Of a stretch of DNA of 64,000 bases, positions 47,457 through 56,544 are shown piece after piece. Under the pieces are notes generated by a model. That model was given only the letters and a program-made list of their open reading frames with translations. It had not been told where the DNA came from and did not search any database. How positions within the stretch are numbered: position 1 is the stretch's first letter; each line of letters opens with the position of its first letter. The stretch comes from an uncultured Alphaproteobacteria bacterium (GTDB lineage: Bacteria; Pseudomonadota; Alphaproteobacteria; RF32; CAG-239), in assembly GCA_944392865.1 (NCBI GenBank), contig CALXYD010000002.1, positions 4,896 through 68,895 of the forward strand, given 5' to 3'. A program made the position numbers and the translations under genes.

Positions 47457-50150
47457 TTAGCAAGCCTTTTTGCAGCAGCATTCAGCAGAATCAACTGCTT
47501 TCGGCTGCCCCTTTTGCTTAACCGCAGCTTGTGCAGCAGCCAGACGAGCTACCGGCACACGGAACGGTGAGCAGGATACATAATCCAATCCGCAAGAATT
47601 GAAAAATTCAATAGATGCAGGATCACCACCATGTTCACCGCAAACACCCAGATGTAAATCCGGATTCGTCATACGGCCTTTAACACAAGCGCGTCTAACC
47701 AGTTTACCTACGCCTTCAACATCAATGGAAGCAAAAGGATCTGCAACATAAATGCCTTTGGCTCTGTAACAATCAAGGATAGCACCGGTATCGTCACGGC
47801 TCATACCCAGAGTTGTTTGTGTCAGGTCATTCGTACCAAAACCGAAGAAACCAGCGGATTCGGCAATATTTTCAGCCTGCAGGGCAGCTCTCGGCAGTTC
47901 AATCATCGTTCCGACCAGATAATCAATTTTCTTGCCTTTTTCAGCAAAAATCTTCTGAGCAGTTGTATCAATGATGTTCTTGCAGATATCCAATTCTTTC
48001 TTGGCGCCGACCAACGGAACTTCAATTTCAGGAATTACCTTGATTCCCTTGGATTCGCATTCCAAAGCAGCTTCCAGGATAGCGCGCGTCTGCATCTCGC
48101 AAATTTCCGGATAGGTAACGGCCAAACGGCAACCACGATGTCCGAGCATCGGATTCAATTCGTGCAATTTTTCAGCACGATTCTTAACCTGCTCAAGCGT
48201 CATACCCATCTTATCAGCCAATTCTTTCATTTCGGCATCTGTATGCGGCAAAAATTCATGCAACGGCGGATCCAACAAACGAATCGTAACCGGCAGACCA
48301 TCCATAATCGTAAACAGGTCAATAAAGTCCTGTTTCTGATACGGCAACAAACGAGCCAAAGCTGTTCTGCGGCCTTCTTCGTTATCGGAAAGAATCATGG
48401 CACGCATATCGGCAATACGATTTGCATCAAAGAACATGTGTTCCGTACGAGCCAAACCGATACCTTCGGCACCAAAATCACGCGCTTGCTTAGCATCTTT
48501 CGGCGTTTCGGCGTTCGCACGGACTTTCATTGTTTTGATTTCATCAACCCAGGTCATCAATTTGCCGAAATTACCGGTCATTTCAACCTGAACGGTCGGG
48601 ACTTGGCCTTCAATAATCTGTCCTTTGCCGCCATCCAAAGAAAGCCAATCGCCTTCTTTAATAACAACGCCGGATTTTGTGGTCATCGTTTTAGCTTTAT
48701 AGTCAATTACAATATCCGTTGAACCGGAAACGCAAGGCGTCCCCATACCACGGGCAACAACCGCCGCATGGGAGGTCATACCGCCGCGAGCAGTAATAAC
48801 ACCTTGAGAAGCGTGCATACCGCCAATATCTTCAGGGCTGGTTTCGTTGCGAATAAGGATAACCTTTTCGCCTTTTTCTGCCCAAGCTTCAGCATCTTCG
48901 GCATTAAAGACCGCACGCCCAACCGCAGCACCAGGAGAAGCCGGAAGACCCGTAGCAATAACATTTTTCTTTGCCTTCGGATCCAACATCGGGTGCAATA
49001 ACTGATCCAACTGGTCGGCCCCAACGCGCATAATGGCCTCTTCTTTAGTCAGCATACCTTCTTCATACATTTCAACAGCCATTCTTACCGCTGCAGCTGC
49101 TGTTCTCTTGCCGTTACGGCATTGCAACATCCAAAGCTTGCCATGTTCAATGGTAAATTCCATATCCTGCATATCTTTGTAGTGTGCTTCCAGCTTATTG
49201 CGGACATCAACCAATTCCTGATACAAATGCGGCCATTTTTCTTCCAACGAAGTACCATCGCCTTTAGAAGCCATCGGCTGCGGGGTACGAATACCGGCAA
49301 CAACATCTTCACCTTGTGCATTAACCAAATATTCGCCGTAATAAACATTTTCGCCGGTTGCCGGGTCACGAGAGAAACATACGCCGGTAGCGCTGTCATC
49401 ACCCGCATTTCCGAACACCATTGTTTGAACATTAACCGCTGTTCCCCAGTCGCCCGGAATATTATTCAGCTTACGATAAGTAATAGCACGGTCAACCATC
49501 CAGGAACCGAACACAGCACCGATACCGGCCCACAACTGTTCCCATGGATCCTGCGGAACAACTTTACCTATTTTTTTACCGATTTCTTTATATTCGTTAA
49601 CCAGTTCCTTCAAATCATCCGTAGTCAAATCCGTATCAGATTTATACCCCTTGGACTTTTTCATATTATCCAGAGCTTCTTCATAAAGATCCAAATCAGC
49701 GCCTAAAACCACATCGGAGAACATTTGCAGAAAACGGCGGTAAGAATCGTATGCAAATCTCTCATTACCGGAAGATTTAGCCAAAGCCTTAACCGTTTCA
49801 TCATTCAAACCGAGGTTCAAAACCGTATCCATCATACCCGGCATCGAAACTCTTGCACCGGAACGAACAGAAAACAACAGCGGATTATTTGCATCAGCAA
49901 ACTTTTTGCCCATAATTCCTTCAACATAAGAAACAGCGCTGCGAACCTGCTCTTTTAAGTCATCAGGATAAGAATGATTGTTATTATAAAAATATGTACA
50001 AACCTCAGTTGTAACCGTAAATCCCGGAGGAACAGGCAACCCGACCTTATTCATTTCAGCCAGGTTAGCACCTTTACCGCCAAGGAGATTTCTCATTGAG
50101 GCATCGCCTTCGGCTTTGCCGTTACCAAATGTATATACCCATTTACTCAT
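47457..50150 (-). CDS. ppdK: pyruvate, phosphate dikinase
   Basis: ATP-grasp N-terminus (GGKGANLAEM), phospho-His domain (GGMTSHAAVVARGMG) and a PEP/pyruvate TIM barrel (GICGE-type LGVCGEHGGDP). An unusual Cys-rich C-terminal tail is also present. Confidence 0.96.
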   Translation of the reverse strand: MSKWVYTFGNGKAEGDASMRNLLGGKGANLAEMNKVGLPVPPGFTVTTEVCTYFYNNNHSYPDDLKEQVRSAVSYVEGIMGKKFADANNPLLFSVRSGARVSMPGMMDTVLNLGLNDETVKALAKSSGNERFAYDSYRRFLQMFSDVVLGADLDLYEEALDNMKKSKGYKSDTDLTTDDLKELVNEYKEIGKKIGKVVPQDPWEQLWAGIGAVFGSWMVDRAITYRKLNNIPGDWGTAVNVQTMVFGNAGDDSATGVCFSRDPATGENVYYGEYLVNAQGEDVVAGIRTPQPMASKGDGTSLEEKWPHLYQELVDVRNKLEAHYKDMQDMEFTIEHGKLWMLQCRNGKRTAAAAVRMAVEMYEEGMLTKEEAIMRVGADQLDQLLHPMLDPKAKKNVIATGLPASPGAAVGRAVFNAEDAEAWAEKGEKVILIRNETSPEDIGGMHASQGVITARGGMTSHAAVVARGMGTPCVSGSTDIVIDYKAKTMTTKSGVVIKEGDWLSLDGGKGQIIEGQVPTVQVEMTGNFGKLMTWVDEIKTMKVRANAETPKDAKQARDFGAEGIGLARTEHMFFDANRIADMRAMILSDNEEGRRTALARLLPYQKQDFIDLFTIMDGLPVTIRLLDPPLHEFLPHTDAEMKELADKMGMTLEQVKNRAEKLHELNPMLGHRGCRLAVTYPEICEMQTRAILEAALECESKGIKVIPEIEVPLVGAKKELDICKNIIDTTAQKIFAEKGKKIDYLVGTMIELPRAALQAENIAESAGFFGFGTNDLTQTTLGMSRDDTGAILDCYRAKGIYVADPFASIDVEGVGKLVRRACVKGRMTNPDLHLGVCGEHGGDPASIEFFNSCGLDYVSCSPFRVPVARLAAAQAAVKQKGQPKAVDSAECCCKKAC

Positions 50151-50319
50151 GGTTATTCAGCTCCTATTAGCTTAGTTTGTTAAAAACGACCGCCGGCATA
50201 TTTGTTAATCTGTCGGCAGCAGAACGATTAATTCTGACGAGAATTTATAACAGTAAAACGGAATATTCAAGCAAAAACTTGCTCTTTTATAACTTTCAAA
50301 ATCAATCCGGCAAATCTTT

Positions 50320-51027
50320 TTATACTTTTAAAACAGCACTATGTCTATCTCCGGTATGGCTATGCCTGTAAGAATAGAATAAATCTTTTCCTTCGCCGCA
50401 AGCCGTACAATACGGACACACGTCTATCTGTTCAACACCCGAATTTTTCAATTGCTGATAGTTGATTTCTTTCAAGTCAACAAAATACTTGTCATCTGCT
50501 TTATAAAATCCGGCGCTTTTATCTCTGACGGTTTGTTGCAAAGTTTCAAAAACATCTTCCCCAACTTCATAACACTCACAACAAATAGCCGACCCTATCA
50601 CCACTTTAACATCACACGGCATAATTCCATAATCAGCCTTTAATCTGTCCAGAGCCTTTACTGCAATTTTTAAGGCAGTCCCCCGCCAACCACCATGGAC
50701 AATCATTCCGACATGATTATAATAATAAATCATCGGCACACAATCGCCAAAATTCATAAAAGCCGCTTTTCCTTCATCTAAAAGCAAAGCATCTGTTTCT
50801 TCATAAAAAAATTTATCCGAAACGATTTTTTCAATATGAGAACCATGCACAGGCTGATTCGTTACCATTCTCTGTCCCAAGTATTTTTCTATAAAAAATC
50901 TGTTTTCCGACATATCCTTATCTTTAGAAAACAGACAACAATCTCTTGTCGTAAAAAAATGTTCAACACCGGTCAATAGATCTGACTTCAAAACTTTTTT
51001 ACCGTCAACATTGCTAAAATAAAACAC
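50320..51027 (-). CDS. pgeF: peptidoglycan editing factor PgeF / YfiH-family (laccase-domain) protein
   Basis: DALLLDEGKAAFMNFGDCVP, HGGWRG and a CTACG..FYSYR C-terminus. Confidence 0.85.
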   Translation of the reverse strand: MFYFSNVDGKKVLKSDLLTGVEHFFTTRDCCLFSKDKDMSENRFFIEKYLGQRMVTNQPVHGSHIEKIVSDKFFYEETDALLLDEGKAAFMNFGDCVPMIYYYNHVGMIVHGGWRGTALKIAVKALDRLKADYGIMPCDVKVVIGSAICCECYEVGEDVFETLQQTVRDKSAGFYKADDKYFVDLKEINYQQLKNSGVEQIDVCPYCTACGEGKDLFYSYRHSHTGDRHSAVLKV

Positions 51028-51750
51028 TTAACCTGCCGCCTCTTCTTTTACCTCATCTGCCAACCACAACGATTCTTTTATATTTTTTTTCAAAAAATCC
51101 TTATGCGCTTCAACTTGTTCCTCGCTTAAACTAAAAATCCGCGGCTCTCTGTATACTCTGTTTACCTTCTCCACGCCACCGGATATTGCCTGTTTTTTTT
51201 CAGAAACGGCAAAATTCATTGATGGTTCGGCTCCGCCAAGCAATTCCAGATAAACTTCAGCCAGTAACTGCGCATCCAACAACGCTCCGTGAAATGTTCT
51301 GGCTGAATTATCTATTCCGAAACGTTTACAAAGAACATCAAGATTATTTCTTTGCCCTGGGAATTTACTGCGCGCAATTTCCAGTGTATCAACCACCCTG
51401 TCCCAGCTGTATTCCGCATATCCTAACTTTTGCAGTTCATAATTGATAAACTTTATATCAAACGTCGCATTATGCGCAACCAATATCCCGTCATCACCGA
51501 CAAAATCCACAAATTCTTTAGCCACTTTTGCAAAGACGGGAAAACCTTTCAAATACTCTGTTGTCAATCCGTGAACTTTGACAACCTCCTCCGGCACTTC
51601 CCTCTCCGGGTTGATGTATTGATGATACGTCCGCCCGGTCGGCACATGATTAACCAGTTCAAGCGCACCGATTTCAACCAACCTGTCCCCTTTTTCCGGG
51701 TAAAAGCCTGTCGTTTCCGTATCAAACACAATTTCCCTAATACTCGCCAT
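51028..51750 (-). CDS. dnaQ: DNA polymerase III subunit epsilon
   Basis: Exo I IVFDTETTG, Exo II LVAHNATFD and Exo III HGALLDAQLLAEVY. Confidence 0.92.
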   Translation of the reverse strand: MASIREIVFDTETTGFYPEKGDRLVEIGALELVNHVPTGRTYHQYINPEREVPEEVVKVHGLTTEYLKGFPVFAKVAKEFVDFVGDDGILVAHNATFDIKFINYELQKLGYAEYSWDRVVDTLEIARSKFPGQRNNLDVLCKRFGIDNSARTFHGALLDAQLLAEVYLELLGGAEPSMNFAVSEKKQAISGGVEKVNRVYREPRIFSLSEEQVEAHKDFLKKNIKESLWLADEVKEEAAG

Positions 51751-52324
51751 CTTCCAAAACTTTCACCAATTCAACAACATTTCTGCGCAATTTGTTTTTA
51801 CCGACACCTGTATCAATAATAATATCAGCTTTCATTTTCTTAACTTCCCGCGGCATCTGCTGCTTGTTTATTTTATCAAAATCATCCGCCGATATATTAT
51901 CACGACGCATAACCCTCTGTTTCTGCGTTTCATAATCGGTATCCGCTAAAACAACGCTATAACAAAATTTATCCCATTTTAATTCAAAAAGCAACGCAAC
52001 ATCAACAAAAACTATACCTTTATTAACTCTTTTACGAATAATACGCCGCATTTTTTGCGTCAAAAACGGATGTATTAAAGCCTCAAGCTCTCTTAATTTG
52101 GCCGGATTATCAAAGACCAACTCTCTTAATTTCTTTTTATCAAAAACATTTCCAACAAAAACTTCCGGAAATTTTTTTCGGATAACTGCTAAAAAATCAG
52201 CTCTGTAATATAGATACCTTACCCATTTATCTATATCGTAAACCAAATACCCCAAAGAACGCAAAATATCGGAAATAGTCGTTTTCCCGCAACCGATAGA
52301 CCCTGTAATTGCAACCAACTTCAT
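51737..52324 (-). CDS. coaE: dephospho-CoA kinase
   Basis: I trimmed the start to MKLVAITGSIGCGKTT (P-loop), with GAGG ~8 nt upstream. It overlaps the dnaQ start by 14 nt. Confidence 0.88.
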   Translation of the reverse strand: MKLVAITGSIGCGKTTISDILRSLGYLVYDIDKWVRYLYYRADFLAVIRKKFPEVFVGNVFDKKKLRELVFDNPAKLRELEALIHPFLTQKMRRIIRKRVNKGIVFVDVALLFELKWDKFCYSVVLADTDYETQKQRVMRRDNISADDFDKINKQQMPREVKKMKADIIIDTGVGKNKLRRNVVELVKVLEDGEY

Positions 52325-52477
52325 AACCCGCCTCAAAAATCTCTTATACACATCTTGAAACAACCCTGTGCATAATTATATCATTTAAAAACAACACCTT
52401 CATTTTATCACCACTGCCCCAAAACAGAGCAACCACTTATAAACAAGTTCATAAAATATTCCCCCGCCCTTGCCTTT

Positions 52478-52631
52478 TGTGAATAACTCATCATATCCAC
52501 AAAAAATAAACTTTCATCAATAAATTGATTTTAAAACAACTTTTTGGAGTCGTGCACAACCTTTTAAACACCTCCCCTGAAATCTGGATAAAAACGGTAT
52601 AAAATTTAATCCACATAATCTGTCAGGATAA
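52478..52631. promoter_or_regulatory. cluster of DnaA-box-like 9-mers (candidate oriC or DnaA-regulated rho leader)
   Basis: TGTGAATAA (52478), ATATCCACA (52493), TCTGGATAA (52583) and TAATCCACA (52607) are each one mismatch from TTATCCACA/TGTGGATAA. TCAGGATAA (52623) has two mismatches. A very AT-rich stretch (52620-52800) follows. Confidence 0.45.
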
Positions 52632-52813
52632 ACAAATAACCATAAAAAATTTCTTTTAAATAAATTTGGAAAAAACAGATGTTCATAACTTTTTCCAAAC
52701 TGACAGACATCTCGTTTTCAAAAAATCACATTTAAATTGACATCTTTGAAAAACACTTTATAACATCTAACAAATAAATCTTAATTTTTTCTTACCAACG
52801 TTAGGTTAAATCC

Positions 52814-54067
52814 ATGCATTTAAAAGAATTAAAAGACAAAACTCCTAAACAGTTGCTTACTCAAGCTGAAGAATTAGGTGTTGAAGACGCTTCCTCTATG
52901 CGTGTTCAGGACTTGGTTTTTGCCATAATGAAAAAAGTTGCCGAAGACGACAATATTTTGTATGGCGATGGTGTTATTGAAGTAATGCCTGATGGATTTG
53001 GCTTCTTGCGTTCTGCGCGCTCCAATTATCTGGCCTCTGCAGATGATATCTATGTTTCTCCGCAACAAGTAAAAAAATACGGCTTGCGCACAGGGGATAC
53101 CGTTGAGGGCGAAATCAGAGCTCCGCGTGAAAATGAAAGATATTTTGCTTTAACCAAAATAAATACAATCAATTACGACGATCCGGAAAAGTCCAAATTA
53201 CGCGTCAATTTTGATAATCTAACCCCTTTATATCCGACTGAAAAGTTAAATTTTGATATAATTTGCGGTGAAAAAGATTATACAACCCGCGTGATAGATT
53301 TAATATCACCGCAAGGCAAAGGGCAAAGAGGGTTGATTGTTGCCCCGCCGCGCACGGGTAAAACGGTTATGCTGCAAAACATTGCTCACGCCATCGCCTG
53401 TAATCACCCGGAAGTTTATCTGATTGTATTGCTAATCGATGAGCGCCCCGAAGAGGTAACAGATATGACCAGATCTGTTAAAGGTGAAGTTATATCCTCC
53501 ACTTTTGATGAACCGGCGGCGCGCCATGTTCAAGTTGCGGAAATGGTAATTGAAAAAGCCAAACGTTTGGTTGAAACAAAAAAAGACGTTGTCATCTTAT
53601 TGGATTCCATAACCAGATTAGGGCGAGCCTATAATACCGTTCTTCCTTCATCTGGTAAGGTTTTAACCGGTGGTGTTGATGCTAATGCGCTTCAGCGTCC
53701 GAAAAGATTGCTGGGCGCAGCGCGCAATGTTGAAGAAGGCGGTTCTTTAACGATTATTGCTACAGCTTTAATTGATACCGGTTCTCGTATGGATGAAGTT
53801 ATATTTGAAGAGTTTAAGGGAACAGGTAATTCTGAAATTATTTTGGATAGAAAATTGACTGATAAACGGTTATTCCCGACAATAGATATTACGCGCTCCG
53901 GCACCAGAAAAGAAGAGTTATTGGTTGATAGAGTTACTTTAAGTAAAATGTGGGTTCTGCGCCGTGTTCTGATGCAAATGGGAATGACGGATGGAATGGA
54001 GTTTTTGTTGGATAAGCTGAAGCAATCCAAAGATAATAAAGACTTTTTCAATAATATGAATAGTTAA
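52814..54067 (+). CDS. rho: transcription termination factor Rho
   Basis: N-terminal [13 protein letters not shown], a CSD-like RNA-binding domain (GFGFLR), Walker A PPRTGKT and the RecA-type core. Confidence 0.97.
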   Translation: MHLKELKDKTPKQLLTQAEELGVEDASSMRVQDLVFAIMKKVAEDDNILYGDGVIEVMPDGFGFLRSARSNYLASADDIYVSPQQVKKYGLRTGDTVEGEIRAPRENERYFALTKINTINYDDPEKSKLRVNFDNLTPLYPTEKLNFDIICGEKDYTTRVIDLISPQGKGQRGLIVAPPRTGKTVMLQNIAHAIACNHPEVYLIVLLIDERPEEVTDMTRSVKGEVISSTFDEPAARHVQVAEMVIEKAKRLVETKKDVVILLDSITRLGRAYNTVLPSSGKVLTGGVDANALQRPKRLLGAARNVEEGGSLTIIATALIDTGSRMDEVIFEEFKGTGNSEIILDRKLTDKRLFPTIDITRSGTRKEELLVDRVTLSKMWVLRRVLMQMGMTDGMEFLLDKLKQSKDNKDFFNNMNS

Positions 54068-55068
54068 ACTTTTAGTGCAAAAATTCTTTTCATTAGGGGC
54101 GATTTTGAAACCAAATACGCTATAGTGATAGGTAATATAAATTTGAACATTGTAATCAATAGCTTAACATAAATTACAGTTGCGTCGGTATTAGCTGTTT
54201 TATAATAGTCATTCCATGGTAAAATAAGCACGTCAACACTATGCACACAAAGCATGACAATCGTATATCGCCCCAAAAAAGCCATTATTTTTGAAGTTTT
54301 AGTATTTTGTTCCAACCAGCGACAATATAATAAAACCAAATAGCTTGCAGCAAGTGCTACAATAATATCTGTTATAAGGTGCTCCGAATAATTATGAGCA
54401 ATTAAAAATTGACTCCGAATGTTAATTCCGACCGAAAAAATGCAAAGCAAAGGAAGAACAGCACCTAAAGACGGATGATAATCCATAATCCGATATTGCT
54501 TCCCTTTATAGCCGATATAGATAAATAATACGGCTGTCATGGCAGATTGAATGCTAAACGGAAACCAAATATAATTTGTAGAAAAATATCCTATGCAAAA
54601 AATAATACACAGAGCCGTTTTCTGATATTTATACTGTAACAGCATATTCAAAATTATAAATCCGAAAAACAGCGCCAGGCAAAACCAAACCGGTCCTATA
54701 TCGGTAATTTTATATCCAAAAACGTGATTGATATAACCGCTACCGTATAAAAAACCGATAAAATAATTCCATACCCCTAAAAGAATATCGGAAAACGATA
54801 TCCCCGCCAAAAGGTTCTTTAGTATATAAATAAAGATGACAACACCTCCCACCAGTAAATAAGGAATAATAAGTTGTCTGAATTTTACCTTAACTAGGTC
54901 TATCGTGCTGGAATAAGGCTTAAAAAAGTATCCGCTGAGAAGAAAAAATAAAGGTATGTGGAACGTATAAACAAAACGGTTAATATCCGGCACCCCGAAA
55001 TGTCCCAGAATAACCATCATCATCGCTATAAACTTAGCTATGTCAAAATAAGCGATTCTCATTATCAC
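54064..55068 (-). CDS. acyltransferase-3 family membrane protein
   Basis: 334 aa and polytopic. The N-terminus ([17 protein letters not shown]) is typical of OatA/WecH-type acyltransferases. The gene is very AT-rich, and its 3-prime end overlaps the rho stop by 4 nt in convergent orientation. Confidence 0.75.
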   Translation of the reverse strand: MIMRIAYFDIAKFIAMMMVILGHFGVPDINRFVYTFHIPLFFLLSGYFFKPYSSTIDLVKVKFRQLIIPYLLVGGVVIFIYILKNLLAGISFSDILLGVWNYFIGFLYGSGYINHVFGYKITDIGPVWFCLALFFGFIILNMLLQYKYQKTALCIIFCIGYFSTNYIWFPFSIQSAMTAVLFIYIGYKGKQYRIMDYHPSLGAVLPLLCIFSVGINIRSQFLIAHNYSEHLITDIIVALAASYLVLLYCRWLEQNTKTSKIMAFLGRYTIVMLCVHSVDVLILPWNDYYKTANTDATVIYVKLLITMFKFILPITIAYLVSKSPLMKRIFALKV

Positions 55069-55180
55069 ACCTCTTTTCTTACGATAATTCTTTTTGAGTT
55101 AATTTTTTTATAAGAGATATAAATTTCTGTTGCGATTCTTTAATTTTTGCGTTTAGCTATAAAAAAAGAAGGATGGTAAA

Positions 55181-56512
55181 ATGTCAGACTCTACAATTTA
55201 TGCTCTATCAACTGTTTTTGGAAAATCAGGCGTTGCTGTAATTCGTATTTCAGGCAATGAGGTTTTGCATATTTTATCAAAAATGACGGATATAAATATT
55301 GCAACGATAAAGCCGCGTCGCGCCTATTTCTGCACAATAACCAGAAAAGAAAGCTCAGAACCGTTGGATAAAGCAATCGTTTTATATTTTAAATCGCCGC
55401 ACTCTTATACAGGGGAAGATATTGCTGAAATTCAATGTCACGGTTCAAAGGCTGTTTTAAACAGTGTATTTAAAGAACTTGGCATGTTTGAGAATGTTCG
55501 TTTGGCTGAACCGGGAGAGTTTTCTAAGCGTTCTTTTTATAATCACAAAATGGATTTAACCGAAGCCGATGGATTGGCTGATTTAATTGATGCAGAAACC
55601 TCCGAACAACAAAAATATGCTTTAAGGCAAATGGGTGGAAATTTAAAAAATCTATACTCCTCTTGGCGAAACGATTTAGTTAAGATTTTATCCTATCTTG
55701 AGGCTTATATTGATTTTCCAGAGGAAAATATACCGGAAAATCTGTATGCAGATATTTTAAACACTGTATTTAAAGTGAAATGTGATATAGAAGAACATCT
55801 AAAAGGAAATAACGTTAACGAACGTCTGAGAAATGGTTTCCGCATTGTTATTGCCGGCAAAACAAACGCTGGAAAATCAAGTTTGGTAAATGCCCTGATA
55901 AAAAGAAACGCTGTTATTGTTTCAGATATAGAGGGAACAACCAGAGATTCCATAGACATTAGTTTGGATATAGGCGGATACCCTGTTGTAATAACCGATA
56001 CGGCCGGAATTCGTATAACGAATAATCCGATTGAGCAACAGGGAATAGATATTGCTCTGCAAAAAATAGAAGAAGCTGATATCGTCATAGCTTTATATGA
56101 TGCTTCTAACGAAAACACCGATTTCTCTTATGTAAAAAATAACAATATCCTGTATGTTGCAAATAAAATTGATAAGCTTACGGATGAACAAAAGGAAAAA
56201 TTAGAGAAAAAAAAGCATATTCTAATATCTGCCAAATTTAATAAAGGTATTGACAGGTTGATAAACGATATTTTGGATATAATCAAAGACTGTTTTGCTA
56301 CATCTTCAAACTGCCTGATTACGCGTACTCGATATAGAAGAGCTCTTGAAGCCTGTTTGGAAAATCTTTCAGTATTTTCCTTAGATAAAGAAATAGAACT
56401 AGCCGCCGAGGATATAAGATTAGCCTGCCGGCAAATTGGTAAAATTACGGGCACGGTTGAAGTTGCCGAAGTTTTAGATAATATCTTTGGCAATTTTTGT
56501 ATCGGAAAATAA
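55181..56512 (+). CDS. mnmE: tRNA modification GTPase MnmE
   Basis: TIYALSTVFGKSGVAVIRISG N-terminus, G-domain GKTNAGKSSL / DTAGIR, and the C-terminal CIGK motif. Confidence 0.95.
   Translation: MSDSTIYALSTVFGKSGVAVIRISGNEVLHILSKMTDINIATIKPRRAYFCTITRKESSEPLDKAIVLYFKSPHSYTGEDIAEIQCHGSKAVLNSVFKELGMFENVRLAEPGEFSKRSFYNHKMDLTEADGLADLIDAETSEQQKYALRQMGGNLKNLYSSWRNDLVKILSYLEAYIDFPEENIPENLYADILNTVFKVKCDIEEHLKGNNVNERLRNGFRIVIAGKTNAGKSSLVNALIKRNAVIVSDIEGTTRDSIDISLDIGGYPVVITDTAGIRITNNPIEQQGIDIALQKIEEADIVIALYDASNENTDFSYVKNNNILYVANKIDKLTDEQKEKLEKKKHILISAKFNKGIDRLINDILDIIKDCFATSSNCLITRTRYRRALEACLENLSVFSLDKEIELAAEDIRLACRQIGKITGTVEVAEVLDNIFGNFCIGK
55455..55475 (+). repeat. two-unit copy TTTTAAACAGTGTATTTAAAG inside mnmE
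   Basis: Contains the exact 14-mer. It encodes V-L-N-S-V-F-K. Confidence 0.9.
55755..55775 (+). repeat. two-unit copy TTTTAAACACTGTATTTAAAG inside mnmE
   Basis: Identical to the 55455 copy at 20 of 21 positions, exactly 300 nt downstream and in the same frame (I-L-N-T-V-F-K). Confidence 0.9.
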
Positions 56513-56530
56513 TATTATTACATTATAAAT

Positions 56531-56544
56531 ACAATGTATTTAAA
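56531..56544 (+). repeat. copy ACAATGTATTTAAA in the mnmE/orphan-gene spacer
   Basis: Part of the palindrome TAAATACA-A-TGTATTTA (56526-56542). It abuts the orphan gene's stop codon. Confidence 0.9.

Noticed and set aside
47817-48722. 301-aa ORF antisense to ppdK, plus the 194-aa ORF at 49122-49706
   Set aside because: Both are embedded in the strongly supported PPDK gene. Their composition is the mirror image of the sense codons, and neither has an RBS or a recognisable domain.
52325-52813. CtrA boxes (TTAA-N7-TTAA) in the candidate origin
   Set aside because: Only a partial TTAA-N7-TTAC near 52780 was found. That is not enough to claim CtrA control.
56526-56542. Palindrome TAAATACA-A-TGTATTTA as a terminator or a dif site
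   Set aside because: The stem is 8 bp of A/T only with a 1-nt loop, too weak for a terminator. It lacks the conserved XerD arm (TTATGTTAAAT) and the central region of dif, and dif is not expected next to parS.
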